From a bacterium (GTDB lineage: Bacteria; Patescibacteriota; CPR2; UBA1875; JAJYID01): DNA of 64,000 bases. Positions 56,853 through 64,000 of this stretch are shown here, in pieces; within the stretch, counting starts at the first letter, position 1, and each line of letters starts with the position of its first letter. Below the pieces are notes generated by a model. The model was not told the DNA's origin. It did not search any database and was given only the letters and a program-made list of their open reading frames with translations. Location of the stretch: contig JAJYLR010000003.1 of the NCBI GenBank assembly GCA_021787535.1, positions 56 through 64,055 on the forward strand. The letters are read 5' to 3'. The position numbers were made by a program, and so were the translations under genes.

Positions 56853-58316
56853 ATGGCAGAGATTAAAACAAAGAAAGATTCAAAACAAAAGAGCATAAAG
56901 CTTTATTCTTTGACCCAGCTTGAGAAAGAGTTTAAAATCCCGCTTCGCTATGCCAGACACTTAATAATGGCGCGCCACGTGGAATCGGTCTTAAAAAACG
57001 GGCGGGTTTACGTGACGGCGGAAAGCTTGAAGAATTTTCTTGCGAAACCAAAAAATGAAAGAGAAGTTCACAAGCATAAAGGATTAATGAAGAGGATGGG
57101 GCCGGGTGTCATCACCGGTGCCGCAGATCATGATCCGTCCGGTATCGGTACCTACTCGACCGTTGGGGCTCAGTTTGGCCTGGAGCTTTCTTGGTTGGCT
57201 CTATATCTTCTGCCTCTCATGTTTGCGGTTCAGGAAACATGTGCCCGCATAGGTATCGTAACCGGCAAAGGTCTCTCCGGCGCGCTTCGCAAAAAGTTTG
57301 GCAGAAATACTATATTCATACTCATTCTTCTTCTGATTGTCGCAAACACTATAAACATCGGCGCCGATCTCGGCGCTATGGCGGCATCATTTCGAATGAT
57401 TACAGGCGCCAGTTATGCGCTGTCGGCCATTGTCTTTGCCGGCATCATTATCTTTTTCACTGTTTTTCTCTCTTATCATACTTTTGCTAAATACTTGCGG
57501 TGGCTGGTGATTGTACTTTTGGCGTATGTGATCACAGGTATCATTATTAAGCCGGATTGGCTGCAAGTCGCTCACTCGATCGTGATTCCGAAAATGCATT
57601 TAAACAAAGACTTTTTGATGGCCAATATCGCCGTTATCGGGACGACCATCTCACCTTACCTTTTCTTTTGGCAGAGCTCTCAAGAAGTGGAAGAGGAGCG
57701 CGACGACGGCACTTTGAGCGACCGGCACGCCGCCATTATCAGGGAAGAAGTCCGCGAAATGCGAAAGGATGTTCTCTCCGGCATGTCGCTCACCAATATA
57801 ATCTTTCTTTTCATTATTATTACCACGGCTTTCGTGCTTTTTGCCCATGGTATTACCAATATACAGACGGCCGAACAGGCGGCTTCGGCCTTAAAGCCGC
57901 TTGCCGGTAACTTAGCATACCTCATCTTTGCCCTCGGCATCGTCGGAACCGGTTTTCTGGCCATTCCGGTTTTAGCCGGGGCCAGCGCTTATGCCATTGC
58001 CGAAGTCATGAAGTGGCATGAGGGCTTAAACTTAAAATACAAACGGGCGCACGGCTTTTATGGCATTATTATCGCTTCAACTTTGGTTGGGCTGCTTATA
58101 AACTTTGTCGGCATCAACCCCATAGCGGCGCTCTACTGGACGGCGGTTATAAACGGCATTATTTCATCAGTGCTTCTGGTCTTTATCTTTAAAATCGGCA
58201 ATGACAAGAAAATCATGGGGGCTCATACCAGTCCCGGTTGGATAAAAACATTGGGGTTTATTGTGACGGCTCTTATGATCATAAGTTCGGCAGCCTTCAT
58301 TATCGCTTCATTATAG
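56853..58316 (+). CDS. mntH: Nramp-family divalent metal transporter (MntH-like)
   Basis: GPGVITGAADHDPSGIGTYSTVGAQFG and MFAVQE signatures. About 11 TM segments plus a roughly 70-aa N-terminal extension. Confidence 0.75.
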   Translation: MAEIKTKKDSKQKSIKLYSLTQLEKEFKIPLRYARHLIMARHVESVLKNGRVYVTAESLKNFLAKPKNEREVHKHKGLMKRMGPGVITGAADHDPSGIGTYSTVGAQFGLELSWLALYLLPLMFAVQETCARIGIVTGKGLSGALRKKFGRNTIFILILLLIVANTINIGADLGAMAASFRMITGASYALSAIVFAGIIIFFTVFLSYHTFAKYLRWLVIVLLAYVITGIIIKPDWLQVAHSIVIPKMHLNKDFLMANIAVIGTTISPYLFFWQSSQEVEEERDDGTLSDRHAAIIREEVREMRKDVLSGMSLTNIIFLFIIITTAFVLFAHGITNIQTAEQAASALKPLAGNLAYLIFALGIVGTGFLAIPVLAGASAYAIAEVMKWHEGLNLKYKRAHGFYGIIIASTLVGLLINFVGINPIAALYWTAVINGIISSVLLVFIFKIGNDKKIMGAHTSPGWIKTLGFIVTALMIISSAAFIIASL

Positions 58317-58323
58317 GACTCGT

Positions 58324-59058
58324 ATGATCGGAATATTTGACTCAGGGATAGGCGGCCTTTCTTTATACAAAAAAGCCAAGAAAGCAATGTCGGATAAGAC
58401 ATTTATATATTTAGCTGATCAGGATAGCTTTCCTTACGGCGAAAAATCGGAAAAAGAGTTGCGTGCCCTCACTAGGAAAAATATTAAGCTGCTGGAAAAC
58501 TTAGGGGCAAAGGTTGTACTCATTGCTTGCAATAGTGCTACGGTTAGTTCAAGAGACAGGATCAGAAGAGAGTTTGACATTCCGCTTGTCGGGGTTGAGC
58601 CGGCAGTCAAGGTTGTACATGATCTATACAGTAATAAAAAAGCATTAGTCCTTGCCACAGACAGGACTTCTCGCTCGCATTTGAAAAACAAAGCCGCAAG
58701 CTATGGTAATGTCAAAATTATCGGCGCAAACGGCCTAGTGAGTTTAATTGAAGAAAAATTTCCAAATATTCAAGCAAGTGAATTAAAGAATATTCTGGAT
58801 AATAAGATTGATGGAGAAGAAGTCATCGTTCTTGGCTGTACGCATTATCATTTAATCCAAAAGATATTAGAAAGCATATATCCCGATAAGATATTCATCG
58901 CTCCGGAAGAGGCGGTGATAAAGCAGCTCAGTAAATTCTCTGACTTGGCGACAGGCAGCGGGGCGGATGACATCTTTCTGACAACTGGAGATTTGGCAGG
59001 TTTTCAGGTAAAATTAGAGGCGATTATAGGCAGGAAATGTGATGTTAGAAAAATATAA
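58324..59058 (+). CDS. murI: Glutamate racemase
   Basis: IGIFDSGIGGLS, LIACNSAT and VLGCTHY. Confidence 0.85.
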   Translation: MIGIFDSGIGGLSLYKKAKKAMSDKTFIYLADQDSFPYGEKSEKELRALTRKNIKLLENLGAKVVLIACNSATVSSRDRIRREFDIPLVGVEPAVKVVHDLYSNKKALVLATDRTSRSHLKNKAASYGNVKIIGANGLVSLIEEKFPNIQASELKNILDNKIDGEEVIVLGCTHYHLIQKILESIYPDKIFIAPEEAVIKQLSKFSDLATGSGADDIFLTTGDLAGFQVKLEAIIGRKCDVRKI

Positions 59059-60538
59059 AGGCAAAAAAATATTGATTGCGGGGTTTGAAACGGAAGGCAA
59101 AGCTACTTTCGATTTTCTAAGGCAAAACGGCATCAGGGCCGACATTGCCGATCTTCTCACCCCCGTCATTCCCGCCCCCGATCGGGTCGAGGGTAAAGCT
59201 CCGGCGGGAATCCAGCCCAGCCCTACCCAAGTTTTTACGGGAAAAGACTATCTTAATTCTGCTTCGGATTATGATGTTATCTTCCGGACGCCCGGCTTAT
59301 CTCCGCTCAATCCTTTACTTTTAGGGGCGCAGAAGAACGGAACTGAGGTAACAAGCCAGATCAAGCTTTTTATGGAGCTTTGTTCGGCTAAGACCATCGG
59401 CGTTACAGGGACGAAAGGTAAGGGCACAACAGCCACTCTGATTTATGAAATTTTGCAGGCAAGCGGCAAGGATGTGTATCTGGGCGGAAACATTGGGGTG
59501 CCGGCTATTTCCTTGATTGATGAATTAAACAAAGATTCGATCGTTGTCCTGGAGCTTTCCAGCTTTCAGCTCATGGATTTGGACAGGAGTCCAAATATTG
59601 CTGTGGTTTTGGGGATTACAAGCGAGCACCTGGATTATCACAAAAACAGGGATGAATATGTTGATGCCAAGAAATCTATTGTTAAGTTTCAGAGGTCAGA
59701 AGACTTTGCGGTTATCAATACAGATTACGAAACCTCCAGTTCGTTTGCCGGTCTCACTCAAGCAGATATTTTTGAAGTTTCAACCCTCTCCCCTGTCATC
59801 CCGAGCGAAGCGTTAGCGAAGTCGAGGGATCTCTTAAATTATGATGAGAGAAAGGGATTCCTCCGCTCGTCCTTGCAGGAAGTCGGTCGGAATGACAGGA
59901 TTTGCGGCGGTTGTTATGTCGATGAAAATGATGAAATTATCTTGATCGGGAAAAATGAGGAAGAAAAAATTGCTTCATTCAGTGAATTACAGCTTCGCGG
60001 CCGGCATAACCTGGAAAATGTTTGTGCAGCCGTCATGGGGTCATCTCTTGCCGGAGCCGACTTTGAATTAATCCGCAAAACAGTGAGGTCTTTCAAAGGG
60101 CTTGAACATCGGCTCGAGTTTGTTGCCGAAAAAGGCGGAGTTAAATATTATAACGATTCATTCTCGACGACTCCGGAATCAACAATTGCCGCAGTCAAAG
60201 CTTTCGAAGAACCGGTGCTACTCATAGCCGGAGGAAGCGAAAAAGGGTCGGATTATTCGGAAATGAGTGAGGTAATAGCTAAGAAAGCCAAAACTATATT
60301 TCTGATAGGACAAACAGCTAACAAAATAAAAAGACAAATCTTAAAAATAAACCCTAAAGCAGATGTCCGGGAGGGATATGAAAATATGGAAGATTTGGTA
60401 AAAAGGGTGGATAACGCCAGTAAACCCGGAGATGTGGTTGTGCTTTCACCTGGATGCGCCTCTTTTGATATTTTTCAAAATTACAAGGAGCGCGGTGATC
60501 TTTTTAAGGAAGCAGTTGCTAAGTTAATTAGGGATTAG
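59039..60538 (+). CDS. murD: UDP-N-acetylmuramoylalanine--D-glutamate ligase (MurD) carrying an in-frame repeat-element insertion
   Basis: GVTGTKGKGTTATLIYEIL P-loop and Mur ligase middle and C-terminal domains. The residues STLSPVIPSEALAKSRDLLNYDERKGFLRSSLQEVGRNDRI are translated from the repeat at 59794..59897. Confidence 0.8.
   Translation: MMLEKYKGKKILIAGFETEGKATFDFLRQNGIRADIADLLTPVIPAPDRVEGKAPAGIQPSPTQVFTGKDYLNSASDYDVIFRTPGLSPLNPLLLGAQKNGTEVTSQIKLFMELCSAKTIGVTGTKGKGTTATLIYEILQASGKDVYLGGNIGVPAISLIDELNKDSIVVLELSSFQLMDLDRSPNIAVVLGITSEHLDYHKNRDEYVDAKKSIVKFQRSEDFAVINTDYETSSSFAGLTQADIFEVSTLSPVIPSEALAKSRDLLNYDERKGFLRSSLQEVGRNDRICGGCYVDENDEIILIGKNEEEKIASFSELQLRGRHNLENVCAAVMGSSLAGADFELIRKTVRSFKGLEHRLEFVAEKGGVKYYNDSFSTTPESTIAAVKAFEEPVLLIAGGSEKGSDYSEMSEVIAKKAKTIFLIGQTANKIKRQILKINPKADVREGYENMEDLVKRVDNASKPGDVVVLSPGCASFDIFQNYKERGDLFKEAVAKLIRD
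59794..59897. mobile_element. MITE-like repeat copy inserted in-frame within murD
   Basis: TGTCATCCCGAGCGAAGCG...AGGGATTCCTCCGCTCGTCCTTGCAGGAAGTCGGTCGGAATGACA. Its 3' half is near-identical to 17200-17251. Confidence 0.65.
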
Positions 60539-60684
60539 GTAAATAGGACACATAACCAAATTAACTACTTAACTAATCTCCTAGTTGCCTAACGTACAAC
60601 TTATTTGAACAATTTACCCATAAAACCCTTTACAAATATTTCGTTTCGTGCTAGAATGCCTTTACTAAATAAGGAGTAAGAAAA

Positions 60685-61317
60685 GTGCACGAAAAACTTT
60701 TTGGGTCAAAAACCAGAGCCAAACTTTTGAATTTATTTCTCAATAATCAAGATAAATCATATTACGTTCGTGAAATTACCAGGACTATCAACGAACAGAT
60801 CAACTCAGTCAGAAGGGAACTGGCAAATCTAAAATCCTTAGGTCTGGTGGTAAGCCAAGGTAAAAAAGGCAAACTTTACTATAAGGCAAACAAAAAATCT
60901 CCTCTTTATCCAGATCTCAAAAAAATATTTACTAAAACCGCAAAAGAAGAGAAGAAGACCAAAGAAGCTGATCTGGCTGAAACTATCAGGAAGCTGGGTG
61001 AAGTTTCATATGCCGCCAAGATGGGTTATTTTGTTAAAGATAACTCATCGCCAATTGATTTCTTTATTGTTGGAAAAGTCAACAAGCGCCGTTTGAAAAC
61101 TTTTATTGCTCAGCTTGAGAAAGAATCGCGCAAAGAGTTGAACTATTCTGTCATGACCTTGGATGAGTTCGAAAATAGGCGTTTAATGTTTGATAGATTT
61201 ATGACTGAAATTATGGCTAGCCCAAAAGATGTAGTCATCGATTATATCGATGAAACCGGCGAGGGAGAAGGCCTTAGAAGCTCGAAATCTAATAACGAAG
61301 AAAAGGCAGCAGATTAA
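60685..61317 (+). CDS. Hypothetical protein with N-terminal winged-helix-like segment
   Basis: SKTRAKLLNLFLNNQDKSYYVREITRTINEQINSVRRELANLKSLGLV. Confidence 0.4.
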   Translation: MHEKLFGSKTRAKLLNLFLNNQDKSYYVREITRTINEQINSVRRELANLKSLGLVVSQGKKGKLYYKANKKSPLYPDLKKIFTKTAKEEKKTKEADLAETIRKLGEVSYAAKMGYFVKDNSSPIDFFIVGKVNKRRLKTFIAQLEKESRKELNYSVMTLDEFENRRLMFDRFMTEIMASPKDVVIDYIDETGEGEGLRSSKSNNEEKAAD

Positions 61318-62339
61318 TGGAGAAACAACCGTTAAGGTTTGATGTTCCTACACTAACGGTTCTTAAAATAATCGGGATCTTGCTTTTTGTGTTTTTTCTT
61401 TACTTAATTAAAGATGTCCTGGTAATACTTGCAGTCAGCTTTATTGTTTCAGCTGCACTGGAGCCGGCTGTAGACAAACTCCAGAAAAACATGAAAATAC
61501 CAAGATGGATTGGTGTTCTTGCGATTTATTTGCTCTTTATCGGGGTTCTCGCCGTTCTTATAAATCTCATTGTTCCTATCTTAAATGAACAGGTAGGTAC
61601 CTTGATTGCAAACCAAGATACTTATATGAAAGATATTAGCGGCATGATCTCTACTTGGCCCCAGGGAGTCCAGACGTATATTAACACCTCAATACAAAAC
61701 ATCCCCGCAGTTATCCAAAACTGGCAAATCGGGGGACTATCACATAGGGTCTTTGGTTTCTTTTCCGGCGTCGGGTCATTTATAGCGGTACTGGTTATTA
61801 GCGCGTACGTGCTTTCTCTGAAAAACGGCATGAAACAGACTGTATCGGCTTTTGTGCCTGAGTCGAGGCGAGAAATTTTTCTCAAAATATTCAGTGAAAT
61901 CACTAGAAAGGTTAGCTTATGGTTTCGCGGCCAGCTGATCTTATCATTTACAGTAGGACTGGCGACATTTATCGGGCTTTGGATTATGCATATTCCCTTT
62001 GCTTTAATCTTGGCTTTGATTGCCGCTTTTACCGAACTTATTCCAATGGTCGGACCGATACTCGGGGCCATTCCGGCGGTACTTGTGGCTCTTTTTATCA
62101 GTCCGGTTATGGCGATTATTGTGGCTGCATTTTATATATTCGTTCAAGAATTTGAAAGCCATGTCCTAGTTCCGCAAGTTATGAAAAAAGCGGTGGGTTT
62201 AAACCCCGTCATTATTATCTCTTCAATGCTTATCGGAGCAAAACTTCTCGGAATACTAGGCGTGATCTTAGCTGTTCCGGTAGCTTCAAGCGTAGTCGTC
62301 GTTTTGAAGGAATGGCCGGCTATCAAAAACGGCTCATAG
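61317..62339 (+). CDS. AI-2E family transporter (UPF0118/PerM-like)
   Basis: 340 aa with about 8 TM segments and the characteristic GQL...L.LI..F.E..P..GP and AVPV motifs. Confidence 0.65.
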   Translation: MEKQPLRFDVPTLTVLKIIGILLFVFFLYLIKDVLVILAVSFIVSAALEPAVDKLQKNMKIPRWIGVLAIYLLFIGVLAVLINLIVPILNEQVGTLIANQDTYMKDISGMISTWPQGVQTYINTSIQNIPAVIQNWQIGGLSHRVFGFFSGVGSFIAVLVISAYVLSLKNGMKQTVSAFVPESRREIFLKIFSEITRKVSLWFRGQLILSFTVGLATFIGLWIMHIPFALILALIAAFTELIPMVGPILGAIPAVLVALFISPVMAIIVAAFYIFVQEFESHVLVPQVMKKAVGLNPVIIISSMLIGAKLLGILGVILAVPVASSVVVVLKEWPAIKNGS

Positions 62340-62406
62340 TTGTTCGATATACTTGGAGGCGCGGTGCTACTGTGTTATCTTAGAATAAGTAAAAAATAGG
62401 AGAAAA

Positions 62407-63039
62407 ATGGAAATAACACATCTGGGCCATTCGTGTTTTAAGATAGTCGGGAAAAACCTGGCTGTTATAACGGATCCTTTTAATCATCCGCGAATCAGTT
62501 TCAAAATGCCAAAGGTGGAAGCCGATGTAGTTACTATCAGCCATGGTCATCAGGACCACAACTATAAAGAAGGGGTAAAGGGTGACTCTCTGCTTCTGGA
62601 CTCTCCCGGCGAATATGAAGTGAAAGAAAATTTTTTTCAGGGAATTTTATCTTATCACGATGATCAAAAGGGAGAAGAGCGCGGTTTAAATACCATTTTT
62701 ACCATGGAAATAGACGGGATTCATCTCTGCCACTTGGGAGATCTTGGAATAGAGCTTGATAATGACCAAATAGAAGCTATGGATGGCGTGGATATTCTCA
62801 TGATTCCTGTTGGAGGCGTCTATACGATAGACGCTAAAACAGCCGTTAAGGTTATAAACGATGTCAGTCCGAAGATTGTGATTCCTATGCATTACAAGGT
62901 ACCCGGAGGATTTGATAATATCGATCCGGTTGATAAATTTATCAAGGAGATTGGCGAACAGCCAGAAACTCTCGACAAGCTAAAGATTACAAAAAAAGAC
63001 CTTCCGGAAGAGATGAAAGTGGTAGTGCTCAAAAGCTAG
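62407..63039 (+). CDS. MBL-fold metal-dependent hydrolase
   Basis: ISHGHQDH metal-binding motif. Confidence 0.65.
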   Translation: MEITHLGHSCFKIVGKNLAVITDPFNHPRISFKMPKVEADVVTISHGHQDHNYKEGVKGDSLLLDSPGEYEVKENFFQGILSYHDDQKGEERGLNTIFTMEIDGIHLCHLGDLGIELDNDQIEAMDGVDILMIPVGGVYTIDAKTAVKVINDVSPKIVIPMHYKVPGGFDNIDPVDKFIKEIGEQPETLDKLKITKKDLPEEMKVVVLKS

Positions 63040-63047
63040 ATTCATTG

Positions 63048-63110
63048 TGTCATTCTGGCTTGTCCAGAATCTCTATTTTGTCATTCCACGTCTGATTCGG
63101 GATCTAAAAT
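63048..63110. repeat. Two left-end repeat units (TGTCATTCTGGCTTGTCCAGAATC; TGTCATTCCACGTCTGATTCGGGATC)
   Basis: Lies downstream of the MBL hydrolase gene. Confidence 0.5.
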
Positions 63111-63322
63111 TTAATTTTTTCTTTCTACTTTTTTAGAAAAAGTAGAGCAAAAATCGCGGCTTAGACGGCTCCTCAAAGGGTCGGCTTACAACTTACTTCA
63201 TGTTTGAAAAATCATAACTCCCATGGTCGGCCTAAAGGCAAATCGATTTTTCAAATATTTAGCAAGTCTGATCCTCGCTTTTCGAACCGATAGCCGCATA
63301 ACAAAAATTTGAATTTAAAAAA

Positions 63323-63346
63323 ATCGGCTGTTAGGCCGATTTTTTA
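63323..63346. terminator. Hairpin with a T-run on one side and an A-run on the other, at the rpmB 3' end
   Basis: AAAAAAATCGGCTGTTAGGCCGATTTTTTA. Confidence 0.45.
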
Positions 63347-63534
63347 GTTGTTCTGATTTTGCTCTGAGTTTTTATGCATTTGGCGCAGGCTTTTACTTTT
63401 TGCTCTTTGCCGTCAATGACCATTGTTGCTTTTTGGATATTGGGAAGCCAGCGTCTCTTTGTTTTCCTGTGGGAGTGGGAGACGTTATGGCCGGTCATCG
63501 GCTTCTTGCCGCAAACTTCGCATTCGATAGACAT
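63331..63534 (-). CDS. rpmB: Ribosomal protein bL28
   Basis: [32 protein letters not shown]. Confidence 0.85.
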   Translation of the reverse strand: MSIECEVCGKKPMTGHNVSHSHRKTKRRWLPNIQKATMVIDGKEQKVKACAKCIKTQSKIRTTKKSA

Positions 63535-63628
63535 TTTTAACCTTAATTAGAATAATGTAGATTGATAAACTGACTGGTCAATGTTACCATATTTCCGTTG
63601 TCCAGTCAACTAAAATCCGAGGTAATAT

Positions 63629-64000
63629 ATGCTCTCACTTTTATCACAAAATCCGATACTTTTTGTTTTTCTGATAGTTGCGCTGCTTCTGGCAGTGACT
63701 TTTCATGAGTTTATGCATGCGTTTACCGCTAACTACTTCGGCGATCCGACAGCGAAACATATGGGCAGGGTTTCTCTAAATCCTTTGCATCACCTTGATA
63801 CACTAGGGACTCTGGCGATTCTTTTGATTGGCATCGGCTGGGGAAAACCGGTGCAAATTAACGAAAGAAACTTTAAAAATCCCAGATTGGATTCGGCTCT
63901 TGTATCGCTTGCCGGTCCTCTGACAAACCTAGTTTTAGCTATCGTTTTTTCTGTGCCTGTCCTTCTGCGCTTAGTGGATATTAACTCGCTTATCTATATA
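63629..64000 (+). CDS. M50-family (site-2 protease-like) metallopeptidase, 5' partial at the window edge
   Basis: HEFMHA zinc motif in TM1 and LAGPLTN. The frame is open to the end of the window. Confidence 0.6.
   Translation, partial: MLSLLSQNPILFVFLIVALLLAVTFHEFMHAFTANYFGDPTAKHMGRVSLNPLHHLDTLGTLAILLIGIGWGKPVQINERNFKNPRLDSALVSLAGPLTNLVLAIVFSVPVLLRLVDINSLIYI

Noticed and set aside
1-64000. CRISPR array or cas genes
   Set aside because: There are no regularly spaced direct repeats with unique spacers. The recurring hairpin units are dispersed and heterogeneous. No Cas-like proteins were seen.
1-64000. Reverse transcriptase / DGR / retron, integrase or transposase
   Set aside because: No ORF shows YxDD or other RT motifs, a tyrosine or serine recombinase signature, or a DDE motif. 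The mobile signatures present are repeats, duplications and an HNH gene.

Overview
This 64 kb window is AT-rich (about 40% GC by eye), gene-dense and made mostly of small genes. By inspection it looks like a reduced Gram-positive-like genome, possibly Patescibacteria/CPR; that is an inference, not a database result.

Recognisable content:
- A type IV pilus locus without a secretin: pilB, pilC, a major pilin, minor pilins and a PilX-like gene at 2.3-8.5 kb, then pilM, pilN and pilO at 8.7-11.2 kb. A second pilin lies at 26.9 kb.
- A heat-shock operon, sigma70 promoter - CIRCE - hrcA - grpE - dnaK - dnaJ (17.0-24.5 kb), that has been invaded several times.
- Cell-wall genes murI and murD, plus ndk, purC, rplY/ctc and rpmB.
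- An MFS transporter, an Nramp transporter, a CaCA exchanger, two DedA proteins and an AI-2E transporter.
- M16, PrsW and M50 peptidases and a thermonuclease.
- A processive GT2 and a GT4 glycosyltransferase, and two SemiSWEET-like PQ-loop proteins.
- Five tRNAs (Lys, Arg, Asp, Gly, Thr).
- At the 5' edge, an AsrA/sulfhydrogenase-beta-like Fe-S protein.

The most unusual signals are mobile or repeat-related:
1. A MITE/REP-like hairpin repeat family with conserved termini TGTCATTC...GAATGACA, in at least 12 copies. One roughly 104 bp copy sits in-frame inside murD. Several copies place GAATGACA 9-17 nt upstream of start codons; one supplies an in-frame ATG upstream of ndk.
2. A free-standing HNH endonuclease (with homing-endonuclease-associated repeats) plus a zinc-ribbon gene inserted between grpE and dnaK. 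The dnaK RBS/start sequence is duplicated at the insertion.
3. A GC-rich four-gene insert between dnaK and dnaJ, bounded by repeat copies.
4. An 85-90 bp duplication of the 3' end of a PAP2 phosphatase gene flanking a two-gene insert that includes an Amidase_3 cell-wall hydrolase.
5. GC-rich islets next to tRNA-Lys (with a 26-nt duplicate of the tRNA 3' end) and next to tRNA-Asp.
6. Twin paralogous zinc-ribbon minigenes bracketing a cassette, each followed by a GGCGGCCGC-type palindrome.
7. A promoter-to-terminator structured leader or sRNA candidate upstream of the GT4 gene.

No CRISPR array, reverse transcriptase, integrase or transposase gene was recognised. All family assignments rest on motifs read by eye and carry no alignment statistics.
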